Positions 1 to 12,559 of a DNA stretch of 64,000 bases are shown here, in pieces (within the stretch, counting starts at the first letter, position 1; every line of letters starts with the position of its first letter). Position numbers and translations under genes: made by a program. Source of the DNA: Octopus sinensis (Eukaryota); NCBI RefSeq assembly GCF_006345805.1, contig NC_043000.1:58218001-58282000 (forward strand), read 5' to 3'. The notes beneath the pieces were generated by a model. It did no database searches, was not told where the DNA came from, and worked only from the letters and a program-made list of their open reading frames with translations.

Positions 1-221
1 AGGAGTACATTATGCAGATTTCTCATCAGGAAGGCAAGGAACTTATGTCGACATCAAAATGCACAAAAAACTTTTAGCTGACTGCTCTCAAGGAGCCCAT
101 AGCATGTAGCACGTAGTCTATGCCCTAGGGACGTAACTTCAACCGTGTTCTTTCTGATGTGAATTTGCTACCCAGGTATCGGTTATCTTTCGAATTATCC
201 TTCATAAGATAATTCATTCAA

Positions 222-229
222 CTACTCAA

Positions 230-284
<55 letters not shown>

Positions 285-482
285 CATACATATATTTATA
301 CATAATATATATGCATATATATATATATACAAACACACACATATATGCATACATATATATACACATATATAAATATATATACACGTACATTCATACATAT
401 GCATATATATATACACATATATACATATATATATATACATATATTTATACATAGATACATACATATATATATAAACACACAT

Positions 483-541
<59 letters not shown>

Positions 542-620
542 TATATGTATACATACATATACATACATACATATACATGCATACATATATATACATAATA
601 TAAATACATAAATATATCAC
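222..620. repeat. Compound (TA)n/(CA)n/(TACA)n microsatellite
   Basis: Directly visible; source of the spurious Y/I/H/T-rich ORFs. Confidence 0.97.
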
Positions 621-889
621 AGTGAAAGTAATAGAAATGAAACTAATATATATATGCATAGTGAAAGTATTTTTAATTTTGACATGTAATACTAAAATAG
701 TGTAAGAGATAAGAGAGAGTTCTGGGCTCGTATTAGGCAAGAAGTTGAAAATTATTTTGGCCCATGACACTGCATGGACTCCAAGCAAGGCATGTGTAAA
801 ATTTGAATGAAATCTGTTGGGTAGTACTCGAGTTTTAGTGATGCACAGATACAGTCAGACAGACAGACAGATATTGTCCGTTATCATCA

Positions 890-1130
890 TCATCATCATT
901 TAGCGTCCGCTTTCCATGCTAACATGGGTTGGACGGTTCAACTGGGGTCTGGAAGCCAGAAGGCTGCATCAGGCCCAGTCTGATCTGGCAGAGTTTCTAT
1001 GGCTGGATGCCCTTCCTAACGCCAACCACTCCGTGAGTGTAGTGGGTGCTTTTTACGTGCCACCCGCACAGGTGCCAAATGGGGCTGGCAAAACGGCCAC
1101 GGACGGATGGTGCTTTTTACGTGCCACTGG
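890..1130 (-). mobile_element. SINE family B fragment ((GAT)n tail)
   Basis: catcatcatttagcgtccgctttccatgct...ggctggatgcccttcctaacgccaacc, repeated many times in the window. Confidence 0.85.
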
Positions 1131-1139
1131 CACGATATA

Positions 1140-2810
1140 TATGCATACATACATACATAGATATATAGTTGGAATTTACAAAAAAAAACAAAAGACAAAG
1201 ACAGGTGTGTAAACAACAAACAGGTGTATTAGTTTAACACTCAGGAAGTGAGAAAGTCTTTTACATTTCGAGCCTACGCTCTTCAACAGAAAGGAACATG
1301 AGAAAATAAACAGAGAAAATAATAAAAAAAAAAACTCTTTAATGGCTAGCAGTCAATCATGGCAATGGCTAGACAGAGGTGGTCAGACAGGAGAGCTTGG
1401 AGGAAGGGGAGATAATAAAGTGTTGGTGATCTCAAAACGAAGGTTTGCATGAGTGTGTATGTCAGAGCATATGTGTGTGTGTGAGGATGATGGTGCAGGT
1501 GCTGGGAAGTGGTCAGTGCTAGTATGTGCAGTGTGGTGCAATGGGGTGTGGTGTGGTGGTGTATGGTGTAGGTGCTGGGAAGTGGTCAATGCTAGTTTGT
1601 GCAGAGTGGTGCAATGTGGTGTGGTGATGTGTGGTGCAGTGTGGCATGATGTGGTGAGGTGGTATATGGTGTTGGGGTGTGGGGGATGCGAGGGTGGGGT
1701 TGCATGGGTGGGTGTGGACTGGGGTGAGGGTTTGGTGGTAGGGTGGGGTATGTGGGAGTGGGGTATGGGGGTGGGGTGGGGCATGTTAGAGTGGAATTGT
1801 GGGGTTGGGGTTGGGAATGGGATGTATAGTGATGGTGAGGTTGGGAAGTGTAGGGGTGGGGTAACGATGGAGGGGTGACGATGAAGGGAGAGGGTGGAAG
1901 GGAGAAGGTGGGTAGGGTGAAGAGAGGAAGTAGGTGTCAGAGTAAGAGGGGAGAGTTGGGTGGGAGTGAAGAGAAGAAGTAGGTGTGTGAGGAAGAGAGG
2001 AAAGAGGAGGGGAGTTAGATGAAGAGGGGAGGGGAGTTAAGCCCATGTGGTGTAAAGGAGCAAAGAGAGAAGATTAATTCCTGTTCAGGCGAAGACGGGT
2101 GTCCGGATGGCCCCTGCGCAAGGACAATCCGAAGACAGACAGGTGTTTTAAAGAATGAATGGTAGAGCAACAATGGCGTGAGACCGGGTTCTTGTTGCTG
2201 AGTCTGATGTCTTGGAGGTGTTCCATGAACTGTTCAGCCAAGCAGCGTCCCGTTTAACCGATGTACAGAGAAGGACAGAGAGAGCAGGATATGCAGTAAA
2301 TGACATTGCTAGAAGTGCAGGTGAAGGAGTCAGTGATATGATAGGGTTGATGATAGGTGCCTGTGAGGATGGTGGCATTAGGGAGGTAGGGGCAAGTGTG
2401 GCAGCATGGGTGGGAGCAAGGGAACAAGCTGGGTTGGGAGGTCGGGGTTAGGGAAGAAACTGTGGACCAGGAGGTCATGTATGTTGTGGGCTCATTTAAA
2501 GGAGGGGAGGGGTAGGTTAGGGAAGATGTGCAAAGTGGGGGATCAGACTGGAGTCACCTGAAGGCTCAGAGAATGGTGAATTGGAGAGGGAGGGTGACGG
2601 TAGGGCAGGTGTGGGGAGAGAGTAGATGCACGGTCCACAGAATGTGCTCTGGCAAGGGCAGTATGGATAGTGGTAAGGGGATATCCACGAAGGATGAAGT
2701 GGTGAGCCATGAGTTGAGACTGAGTCTCAAAGTCATGGTTGTCACTGCAGAGCCTGCACAGGGTCACCCCACTGAGCCAGCAGGGTGGCATCATTCAAAA
2801 GTTTCAACAA
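1140..2810 (-). mobile_element. 5'-truncated Penelope-like element, Neptune-type (RT thumb + GIY-YIG endonuclease + 3' terminal repeat with HHR)
   Basis: Minus-strand translation: LCRLCSDNHDFETQSQLMAHHFILRGYPLTTIHTALARAHSVDR (PLE RT thumb). Then PCSHPCCHTCP...FTCTSSNVIYCISCSLCPSLYIG*TGRCLAEQFMEHLQDIR...PVSRH...HSLKHLSVFGL...(frameshift)QELIFSLCSFTPHGLN (GIY-YIG with Cys motif). Stops and frameshifts present. Confidence 0.9.
1258..1293 (-). ncRNA. Minimal type I hammerhead ribozyme motif in the PLE terminal repeat
   Basis: Minus strand: cttt-CUGUUGA-A-GAGC(GUAG)GCUC-GAAAU-GUA-aaag. Stems I and II pair; A6 is U; extra A after A9. Confidence 0.75.
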
Positions 2811-2865
2811 TGCAAGAAATAGACTGAGACTAACAGATGTATAACAATATCTGATAGTCTGGTTA

Positions 2866-3192
2866 AAGGTAAAAGGTAAAGATTCCCTTTGGTTATGAAT
2901 GACCATGGGATTGAACTTAACAAAGTTCCCCTCTGAGGCACAAGCCCAGGCAAGATTGTTTTTATGGAACACCAGCAGTTGCCCATGCATACCAGCCTCC
3001 CCTTTCCATGCCACAGATGTTGTCCAAGGGAATGGCAAAAGCTAATACAGCTTGGTACCAGTGATGTCACAACTCATTTCTACAGATGAGTGAGTGTATT
3101 GCTCAAGAACACAACACACAGCCTGATCCAGGAGTCAAATTCACTACCACATGATTGTGAACCTGATATTCTAACCACTGAGCCATGCACCT
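2866..3192 (-). mobile_element. tRNA-headed SINE family C
   Basis: Shares body with 52012-52335 and 22082-22290; reverse tRNA-like head (ctaaccactgagccatg). Confidence 0.85.
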
Positions 3193-3444
3193 TCACTGAT
3201 AGTCTGGTTGATACAGTGAAGTATGCTCACACACACAAACACACACACACACACAAACACACACACGCGTGTGTGTGTATATCTATATATCTATACATAC
3301 TTGTATGTAGGTGTAGTATGGCTAAATAGTTAAGATATTCATTTTGCAGCCCCACAGTCCCATGTTCAATTCTGCTATACACTGTATAGTAAATATTAAG
3401 TAAAGTTTATTTTTGTAGTAATATTACTTGTAAATTGTAAGGCA

Positions 3445-3660
3445 GTGAGCTGGGAGAATTGTTAGCAGGCTGGGCAAAATGCTTATCAGCGTTTTGTCTG
3501 GGTTTACAGCCTGAGTTCAAATTCTGCTGTTGCTGACTTTGTGCCTTTCATCTTTTCAAGTTCAATAAAATAAATACCAGTTGAACACGGGGGGGGGGGG
3601 TCAATGTAATCAACTTATCTCCTCCCACAAAATTACTGGCCTTGTACTAAAATTTAAATT
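3445..3660 (+). mobile_element. SINE family E
   Basis: gagctgggagaattgttagc...ctgagttcaaattc...tttcatc...aaataccagttga; multiple copies in the window. Confidence 0.8.
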
Positions 3661-4287
3661 CAATTTACATGTAAATTTTGATTCCTGTATAATTTTGAAT
3701 GTAACGGTGTGATATAAACAATTAGCATAATGAATATTACGCTTTTAATTTGTAATGTTATATGCACTTCCTAAAGCTATTTACATTTACATATTTTCAT
3801 GTTAAAGTGGAAATGCAGTAAGAGAACAATAAAATCCAAAGTGAAAATATTTAAAAACTTCATAAAAATTATGCACATTATGAAATTTTATTATTACATG
3901 AGATAACTTCTCATTGTATATAATTGCTTGCATAAAAGAAAAAAATGCATAATGATTTTAAATAAATATAATTGGAAATTACCGTTTTCTGCAACTTGGT
4001 TTAAAAATCATGGATCTAGAGATCAAATTAATTAACTTTACCATTAAAATAATCACCAGCTTTACTTTTAAAACCAATTAAAAGCTCCTATTATCATCAT
4101 TATGTTTAAAATTAAATTCATATAAAAAGAAAATGGATTTATACAAGCAGTCTATAATCAAAAATTTGAAACCGAATCATTGAACAAAAATAGGAACAAG
4201 TTCAGTGTGATTTGATTATGAATCAGGCTAATGCCATGAAACTTCCTAGAATTGAATGTTTTCATTGAGATAAATGATATCCAGTGA

Positions 4288-4359
<72 letters not shown>

Positions 4360-4384
4360 CACTCTCTCTCTCTCTCTCTCTCTT

Positions 4385-4725
4385 CCAGGTATTATCTTCC
4401 TATGAGGCACAATGCAGTGGTCAAAATGGTCTGGAATAGGATATCAAAAAAGAAAATACCTACAAATGAAGTTCAACCTACTGAGATTGATACGTCAGAG
4501 AAATACTGGCATAACTTATGAATTAAAAAGCCAAGTTAAAACACAACTGGCCAGATATAGGTGTGTGGGATCACAAAGAAAAGATATGTTCTGTTGTAGA
4601 AATCAGGTGCCCTAAGGACATGAATGGGATTAGAATAATACAAGAAAATGAGGACATTATAAATCATCGATAAGGGAGTTTGGAAATCCAGTACCCAAGA
4701 TACACTTTCAGATTCATACCTGTTG
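4385..4725 (+). mobile_element. R4/Dong-clade non-LTR retrotransposon C-terminal (RLE) fragment
   Basis: SRYYLPMRHNAVVKMVWNRI...YWHNL*; then HNWPDIGVWDHKEKICSVVEIRCPKDMN...EIQYPRYTFRFIPVV. This is the RHN motif plus a PD..E-x-CP restriction-like endonuclease. Confidence 0.8.
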
Positions 4726-4920
4726 TGTGTGTTGTGTGTTGTGTGTGTGTGCATGTGTTGTGTGTGTGTTGTGTGTTGTGTGTGTGCGTGTGTTGTGTGT
4801 GTATGTGCATGTTGTGTGGTATGTGTGTGGTGTGTTGTGTGGTGTGCATGTGTGTGTGCATGTTGTGTGGTGTGTGTATGTGTGTGAGTGCATGTTGTGT
4901 GGTGTGTGTGTGTGTGTTGT
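4722..4920. repeat. Imperfect (GT)n/(GTTGT)n microsatellite
   Basis: Directly visible. Confidence 0.95.
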
Positions 4921-5184
4921 ATTTGGCTTCTGCCACTTGACAACCAGTGTTGATTTGTTTATGTCCTAATAACGTACCAGTTAAGTAAAATAGAGCAATA
5001 TAACAAGCATCAAACTTTAAAACATAAGTATTAGGGCCAATTTGTTTGATTAAATCCTTTAAAACAGTGCCCCAGCAAGGCCACAATCCAATGACTAAAA
5101 CAAGTAGAAAATAAAAATGAAATACTAATTTTTACTTTAAGCTTGTGTACATAAAGATGTTTTCAATACAGATTTTATCTTTTA

Positions 5185-5572
5185 TCATATATCTGTTTCA
5201 GTCATTAGACTATGGCCATGCTGGGGTATCACCTTGAAGGACTCTTAGTCAAATGAACTGACCCCAGTACTTACTTTTTCTTTAAGTCTGTTACTTACTA
5301 TATCGGTCTCTTTTTGATGAACTGCTAAGTTATGGGGTCGTAAACAAACCAACACAGGTTGTCAAGCAGTGGTGGGGGACAAACACATACATAAAGACAC
5401 ACACGCACACACTCACACATATATGATAATGAGCTTCCAGATTGTTTCCATCTACCAAATTCACTCACCAAGCACTGGTTGGCTCAGGACTATAGTAGAA
5501 GACATTTGCCCCAGGTGCAGTGGAACTGAACCTGAAACCACATGGTCCAAAGTGAGCTTCTTAACTACACCA
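5185..5572 (-). mobile_element. tRNA-headed SINE family A
   Basis: Reverse complement of the 12968-13350 copy, diverged. Confidence 0.85.
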
Positions 5573-6457
5573 TCAATTATTATTATTTTTTTTTTTTTTG
5601 CAAAATAGTAAATAAATAAACTATTTTTGCTAAAATACTGCACAAAAATTTTATAGGTAGTCATTTTGGTGTTGCTACCCTTTTGATAATGTCACCAGGT
5701 GAAGTCTGCCTTCTCTTATTACATCAGTGATTCTATATATATGTTCATGTGCACACATAGAGAAACAACTACAGAAAAACAGAGAATTAGCAAATGCTTG
5801 ACTCCAACATAAACCACAAAGCAAACAGTAAAACACTATATAGAGTCATCAGTAGTATCAACAACAATAGTTATACCACAATCTGCCATCACTAAAACAA
5901 CCTTAAAAAACATGCCTGCACAGCAACACCTGGCAAACACAAACACTCTCATCATTGTGCATTTCTCAAAAATAGCATGACTCACAAACCTAGCTTGCTT
6001 CAATAACAAAAAAAAAAAATGAAAAAAAGAAAAAAACCCACCCACATGAATACTATTCTAACCACTATTGACTTAATAAAACGTTTGAATGTGCTGGTAT
6101 GATTGTGTGATTAAGAAGCTCACTTTGCAACAGAGTGGTGTTTTGGTTTAGTCCCCATGCATGCTATGTTGGGCAAAAGTTACAGTCACAACATTCACAA
6201 CACATAAGAATGCATATCAAAGAAAACAACATGATGTACAAATGTATAGAGGGCAACCATAGATACTACAATTGGCTAACAGAAAAGAACAGCAACAATG
6301 GTCTGCAAGCAATATTTCACATCCCAAACTGACAAAGATCTCATGCATCCAAAGAGAATGGAAGTGAATTCCAGTTAGGGTGAAGATTTGAGCAGCAAAA
6401 TGGACTATGTAAATAAATTCATCTTTTTCTGTGGGTCAGTCCATCAAAAAATAAATA

Positions 6458-6924
6458 CTGTAAATCCTCGAGTATAGTCCGCCCTTGAGTATAATATGCA
6501 GGGGATTTTTAGGGGGCTGTACCTGTGAAAAATCTAAACCTTGTGTATAATACGCACCCCTTCTCTAACTTGAGTCAAGGAGGTCTAAATAACGTCCTTG
6601 GTTTGTAAAAATGTGTATGGTAACGTACTTTATTATTATTGTATATATAACATAATGCAAACGTTTAGCATTTTTGTGCATTTTGTTTGCAGAAAATAAA
6701 GAAATAACAGTAATAACGTTTAATAAATGTTGCTTACTGCAATTTATGGATGATTTAAGGTATTTTCGCGCCCGACATCACAAAATGCGTCTGAATAAAC
6801 ATTGCTGGACTTGAACATTGCTTAGAAAATAATTTTCATTTTTAACCTTGTGTATAATACACACTAGGGATTTTGACCTTTAAATTTTGGGAAAAAAATG
6901 TGGATTATACTTGATGATTTATGG
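6458..6924. mobile_element. Tc1/mariner-superfamily MITE (TA TSD)
   Basis: TA-ctgtaaatcctcgagtatagtcc ... ggattatacttgatgatttatgg-TA imperfect TIRs; internal repeat aaccttgtgtataatac; no ORF. Confidence 0.7.
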
Positions 6925-7759
6925 TATAAGTGTAGATAACCAGTGTTAGTAGCTAAAACACTGTGGCTATTGATGAATTAAGTAAAGTTTTAAAAGTTTG
7001 CTTTGCTAGACTAGAATCCATTCAAGGGTCCAGAGTAGACTGTGGAAAGGCATTGAAGTATATGAATCGGGTATGATTGATATTTCCTTACTTGAAGTTA
7101 ATTAATTGATTACTAAATTGATTGATGAATACACTTGAAGGACATACAAGTCTTCTTGCAAGAGATTCAAGTCTCCCACACTTCCATGTTACAAATTAGA
7201 TATCAGAAAATGTTAAACATATGGATTCTCATATAAAAACATTTCAAAAACCAGAATACAAACATTATCATGCTGAAAATAGATTACAATTCTCTACTTA
7301 TTCACAGCACTTTACAGGCTGAAAACATAATCACAGAATATACTAAATCTTATAATCTCAAGTAGCCTTTCCTGCAAATTTTGTATCTTTAACATGGCAA
7401 AATTTGCAGTGAGTTTAGATTTTCATTTACTCATTCTTCACAAAAGAAAGATCCACAGAACCAAGAAATACCACTTCGATCATTAGATAACATGTATTCC
7501 AAAGAAAATTCTGAGAAAGCTATCTACTTGTTTGAAAGAAAAAGTTTAAAATTACTTCCTATTAGACTCATCAAAAAGAATTTATTTAGTTGCTTTACTT
7601 GCCTTTCATCCTTTTGGGGTCAGCAAAATAAGTGGAAATTGAATACCAGGGTATTCAATCAACCTATCCCTCATCCTAGATTGTTGGCTTTGCGTCAAAA
7701 TCTGAAAGTAATATACTCCTTTAACATCTTTATTTTTCCTTGTTAGTTTGGTTTAGGCT

Positions 7760-7975
7760 GGTGAGCAGGCAGAATCATTAGCATCTTGGGCAAAGGGCTT
7801 AGCAGCATTTCCTCTGTCTTTACATTCTAAGTTCAAGCTCTGCCGAGGTCAACTTAGCTTTTCATTTTTTTGTGGTGGGGTTGATAAAATAAGTACCAGT
7901 TGAGTACTGAGGTTGGCATAATTGACTTAATCCTTCCTCAGGAATTGCTGACCTTGTGCCAAAATTTGAAACCAT
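7760..7975 (+). mobile_element. SINE family E
   Basis: Similar to 3445-3660. Confidence 0.8.
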
Positions 7976-10921
7976 TATTAGTTTGGTTTGGTGAAGGAGC
8001 TGTCATTATGACCTATACAGCATCTCTTTGAAGCCAGTGAAATTGATGCTATTAATTGTTCCACTTAAAACTGTTGTAAATCAATAACTGCAGGAAAGAC
8101 ACATGTCTGGAGGGATATCCAGAGGGTGGACATTCTGGAAAGGATGGACTGAGCATAGTGGCAAGTATGGGCTGACAATAGGATGACTATGATAGGGTGA
8201 TGAGAAGAGGAAAGATGTGAAATGAGAGGGCATGAGTGGAAGTGATACAAGACCAGCTAACTCTAAGAAGCAGAATACATTGTAATAGTGGTATAATGGG
8301 TAGAGAGGGCATACAATGCATCTGTAGGCTACAGATTTGAATGTATTGGCGAATTACTTCATGCCAGTCAGATGAATAGCGTTTCTTTAAATGTAATCCA
8401 GGATGTTTGAGTATGTAGCAATATCACAGTCCCAGATGTAGAAGCATTATTCTATTGTGAGATTGACCTGAGTTTTGCAGAAGCTTGGTAGTTGATAGTG
8501 AGGTGGAGGTGGGGCAAAGTATATTTTGGCTTAAAAAAGAGATGCCAGTCTTTGAGACTATAGGACCCTCAGCAAACTTCCACCTGACTTTAAAATGCAT
8601 TAAGTGTTCCATTTTAGGACAGTAGTTTTGGAGAGTGATGTACTGGCTTTTTTAGAAGGAGGTTCACAAAATTTATGAGAGTAACTTGAAAGACAACTAA
8701 ATTTGCCTTTGAATAGTAATTATGCAACATAGCTATACATAAATAATTTAAATAAAGAAAAACATTAATGATGTATTGCAATAAGGTACATGCAAATTTA
8801 CTTTGAACTGATTTAGATTTCAGATTGACTTAAAATAAAAATTATTGGCTTCCTTAGTCTTATGAAAGTCACAGTGGTTCAGGTCAGCCATTTGTGGTCC
8901 ACATAGACCATGTTATGTATTACTGTTTTAGGACAATATGTTCAAATTAGACACAAATGCATAATTTGAGTAGCTAATTTTGTACTATAATTCTGTTAAA
9001 GCAGAGATTCTCAGCCTTTTTTGCCATTTGCAACAATGGGCAACAACTCTATGTGGTTGCTTGAACTGCTAGAAATAACTTATTTTCTTTTTAAAGAACA
9101 TAATCTGGACTGAAAGTGATTTGGTTGATGTTTCTAGTAGGTCAGAAAAAATATAGAGGCTCTCTGTTGAAGAATGCTATATAGTTATTTCTTGCTTGGG
9201 GAAAAAATAAAGTGATTTACCAACTGTGAGAGTTTCTGATTGAATCAAGTTGAAGTTGCAATCCTTTTGTTGTTAAATCCATATGTTCTCACTAGAGGTT
9301 ATGACCTAAAATTTGTTTAAGAGCATGGCTAGAAATTAATTTGAAAATTGTTATAAGCTGCAGTACAACACAACTTGAAACCTCCCAACATCGGTAGTTG
9401 ATAAAAAGAAGTCATGTTTGATACAGAAAGAACTGATACAGATGAAAGTATAGTGATTTTAAAACATTGCTACACGTTCATCACTTTTACTGCTTATTTA
9501 TTATTTTCCCCTCTGCTTGCTCTTCATTTCATTACAGAACTGCAGCTGGCTGAGGGGGAAAAGAGGTCAGACTATTGGAATTATATGGAATATATTTTGC
9601 TGTGAGGAAAAAGCAAGGTCTAACGCTGACGTTTCAAGAAGAATCCTTTGTCGTAAAGAAATTAAATATTAACTAGTAATAGTCAAGAAAGAAGTGTTTA
9701 CTTTGTAGCCTGACTCTCATCAATGTTTCCGCCAGCAACTACTGGACTGAATAAGAAATAGTGATTCTGGATAAATTGGAGTGAGCTTGTAGAGGGATGG
9801 GAAATTAGCAATAAATAATAAGGAAGGAGGTAGGGAAACTAGTGTTCGCAGGTGGGTAACGACTGAAGTGAGGAGAAACATTAACGAGAGCAGATTTGAC
9901 AGATGGGTATGGGTTACTTTGATCAAGGAAAGAGTTATTACTTATTTTCTCCGATTTTTGTTTCGTTATTAGCTGATATGTGGGTTGATTGTACAGTTGT
10001 TCCTTGCTCCGTGAATGTCTATAGTTTAAACTTTTAGCAGTACAATAAACTGTCCATAACACCTACCACCATAAATAGACGATATCTTGTGAGCTTGCAC
10101 TGGAAAAGCGCCAATGAGTGGAACAGGCAACGGAAAACTATTGCTAGATCAACAATTTAAAAATCGGTTGGTTACTCAGGAGTTTAAGCTGCCTCTAACA
10201 TGTACAACAACATAACCGTTACGACCCAACAAGGGAATCTCTACGAGATCGCCCCCTCTGCTAGAAATAACAGCCAAGTCTCCTTCAAATTAGTCCCTGT
10301 CGTCTTAAAAATGAACTCATTGAACGATTTATTCCAAGATAAGAAAAAAAAGAAGAAAAGAAAACGGGATGGTCACGGGTGGATCACTTCTGATCACAGG
10401 GGTCCCGGAACTAAACAAAAAAGTTTATGTAAACAGTGACCATATGGCTTACTAGTGAAAGTTATACAACTCTAGCCTTATCAGAAATAGTATTGGGTTG
10501 ATAGAGAAAGTAACTAGTATTACCATTTAGATTTCTGCACGAATTCTTCATATTTCAAAGTATTTTAGCATTGTATATTTATTTTGTCTCTGAAGAAAAG
10601 GTTCCATACGTTAGAAAAACTATTTCGTTCGTATTTAACTATCTATTTATTACTTAGTGTTATTTTTTTGTAATTGACGACAAATATTGAAAATGGGCTT
10701 CGCATTTGACGAGCGTGTTATGTTAAATGACACAGCAAAGCAGGAGCCAGAAGATGCAAGATGAATAAATAAATAGATAAAGAGAAAGCGAGTGGGAGAG
10801 GTGAGAAGTTAGCTGTCGCCCGTCATCATCAGCCTCTGCATCTCGCTATTTGGCATTGCCGGCAGCGAAAAAGAAAAAAAAAAGTTGCTCTTAGTAGAAG
10901 AAATCAGACGAGAGAGGCGGG

Positions 10922-11100
10922 ATGTCGAATCAAGTGCGCTTATTTTGTCGGTCTTTACTTGCTTTCTTAACGTTGGCCAGTATTTGGACCGGCACACTTG
11001 GTCGTTGCCCCAGGGAATGCCAATGCAATGATAACAAAGTGCTATGCATGTATAAAGGATTAACTAAGGTTGTTCGAGTGCCACTGGAAACTACACTGTT
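10922..11100 (+). CDS. PXDN: Coding exon 1 of a peroxidasin-like secreted LRR protein (signal peptide + LRRNT)
   Basis: ATG at 10922; MSNQVRLFCRSLLAFLTLASIWTGTLG (signal-peptide-like) then CPRECQCNDNKVLCMYKGLTKVVRVPLETTL; strong donor TT|GTAAGT at 11100/11101; 179 nt = phase 2. Resembles, from memory, the peroxidasin N-terminus ([37 protein letters not shown]). The Ig and peroxidase domains are not in the window, so another LRR protein (Slit/LRIG-like) is not excluded. Confidence 0.8.
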
Positions 11101-11499
11101 GTAAGTACACTTTTTTCCCCCCATATTCGCAGGGTTGGATAACTGAGATAAGAGAACTCATAGGGGAATCTAAGTTTTTTTGGTGATTTTCTTTATTTTG
11201 AAAACTTTTAAAATTGCTTTCGGGAATTAAGTTTCATATTTACGAAGTAAATAGGAAAACGGGAAAAAGAAACTTTGGAAAAAGCTCGGATATGAAATGG
11301 AATAAGAAAAATGGATGAGGGTGAGATGTAATTGGCGCTGAGTTTCATTTCTTGGGTAATTAATTAATAAGAACTAGTAATATTTCGTTATACTGCAAAT
11401 TGTTAAACAGAGGTTAATACATAGGATATTTTATACGTGACGTTGTATCTAATACTGAACTAAACTTAAGCCGGACTTCTGAAACATAATTGTGCAAAC

Positions 11500-11667
11500 A
11501 CATACGTACATACATACATACATACACACGTGTGTGTACACATCTATCTATCTATCTATCTATCTATCTAGATATAGATATATATACACATACACACACA
11601 TATTAATATATATAAATATATAATATTTTTATACTCACACATGCATATATAAGTATATATGTAATTG

Positions 11668-11698
<31 letters not shown>

Positions 11699-11705
11699 GT
11701 GTAAA
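11500..11705. repeat. Compound microsatellite (TACA/TCTA/TA/CA)
   Basis: Directly visible. Confidence 0.9.
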
Positions 11706-12005
11706 ATATATGAGGGGTGTCTATTTTTGAGATTCTGTGTATATATGTTATTAGTTTTACACAAATACTCTCCCCACCTCCTATTAAAAGGTTTTTTTAT
11801 TTATCAAATTCATATATTTGTACATCTATTTATCTTGACTGTTCATATCAGCAATCTCCTTTTTATATCTATTTCACTGTCTTCCTTTCTGCTTTTCTCC
11901 TAAATTTCTTTGGAGCGACATTCTGCTGACCTTTTCTAAACACTTGGTAGGAATCCTGTTGCTTTATTTATGTTTCTTTTAATGTATGAATGCATGCGCA
12001 CGTGT

Positions 12006-12050
<45 letters not shown>

Positions 12051-12427
12051 TGTGTGTACGTGTGCGCGCGCGTGTGCGTACGTGGAGAGGGGACTTTGAG
12101 AAGGGGTACAGAGGAGTAAGTATATCGTTGTTAGGTCCACGAATTTCCTGGATTTCAGAAAATATTTCGTTATGTTGAAGACTAGCATTTACAGAAGGGA
12201 AGGAGTCTCGAAAGAAACTTCGTACCCTTTGACAAATTTTCTCTCTTATGCCCTCTGAGAGAGGGAGAGAAAGAGAGAGTGTGTGTACGTGCGCGCACGC
12301 GTGTATATATACATATATACAACATACATTAATATTTGTTTTTATGTGGAGTTAGTATCAAAACAACTTGGCATTAAATTGAAGGATTTACACAATATTT
12401 TTATTGAGTACATATTAGTTATTTTTC

Positions 12428-12537
12428 AACAAGAATAGTGATGAAAGTGACTTCGAAATAGGCTTGGTGAGCCTGCTTGGCCTTTATTAGGCCAAGCAGG
12501 CTCAAACGTTGAAGTGACATTCAACACTATTCTTGTT
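12428..12537. repeat. Small nested inverted repeat (about 27-bp outer arms, perfect 15-bp inner stem)
   Basis: aacaagaatagtg...cactattcttgtt outer arms; gagcctgcttggcct-ttatt-aggccaagcaggctc inner hairpin at 12469-12503. Confidence 0.85.
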
Positions 12538-12559
12538 AAAGAATTGTGTGTACCGTTGG

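Noticed and set aside
1-225. CTGATGA on the minus strand near position 25 and a gaattatc/gataattc hairpin followed by GAAAG near 165-215
   Set aside because: The first is cut off by the window edge; the second has no recognisable CUGANGA in register.
222-788. Long Y/I/C/V/H/T-rich ORFs here and at 4536-5086, 42467-42811, 56500-56761, 63136-63651 and elsewhere
   Set aside because: Translations of microsatellites; no coding signal.
8000-8640. Possible LINE endonuclease remnant
   Set aside because: No motif could be read convincingly in any frame.
10200-10439. 79-aa ORF upstream of the gene, with a nearby forkhead-like TGTAAACA
   Set aside because: No recognisable domain or splice support; the poly-Lys comes from an A-run; a single short motif cannot define a promoter.
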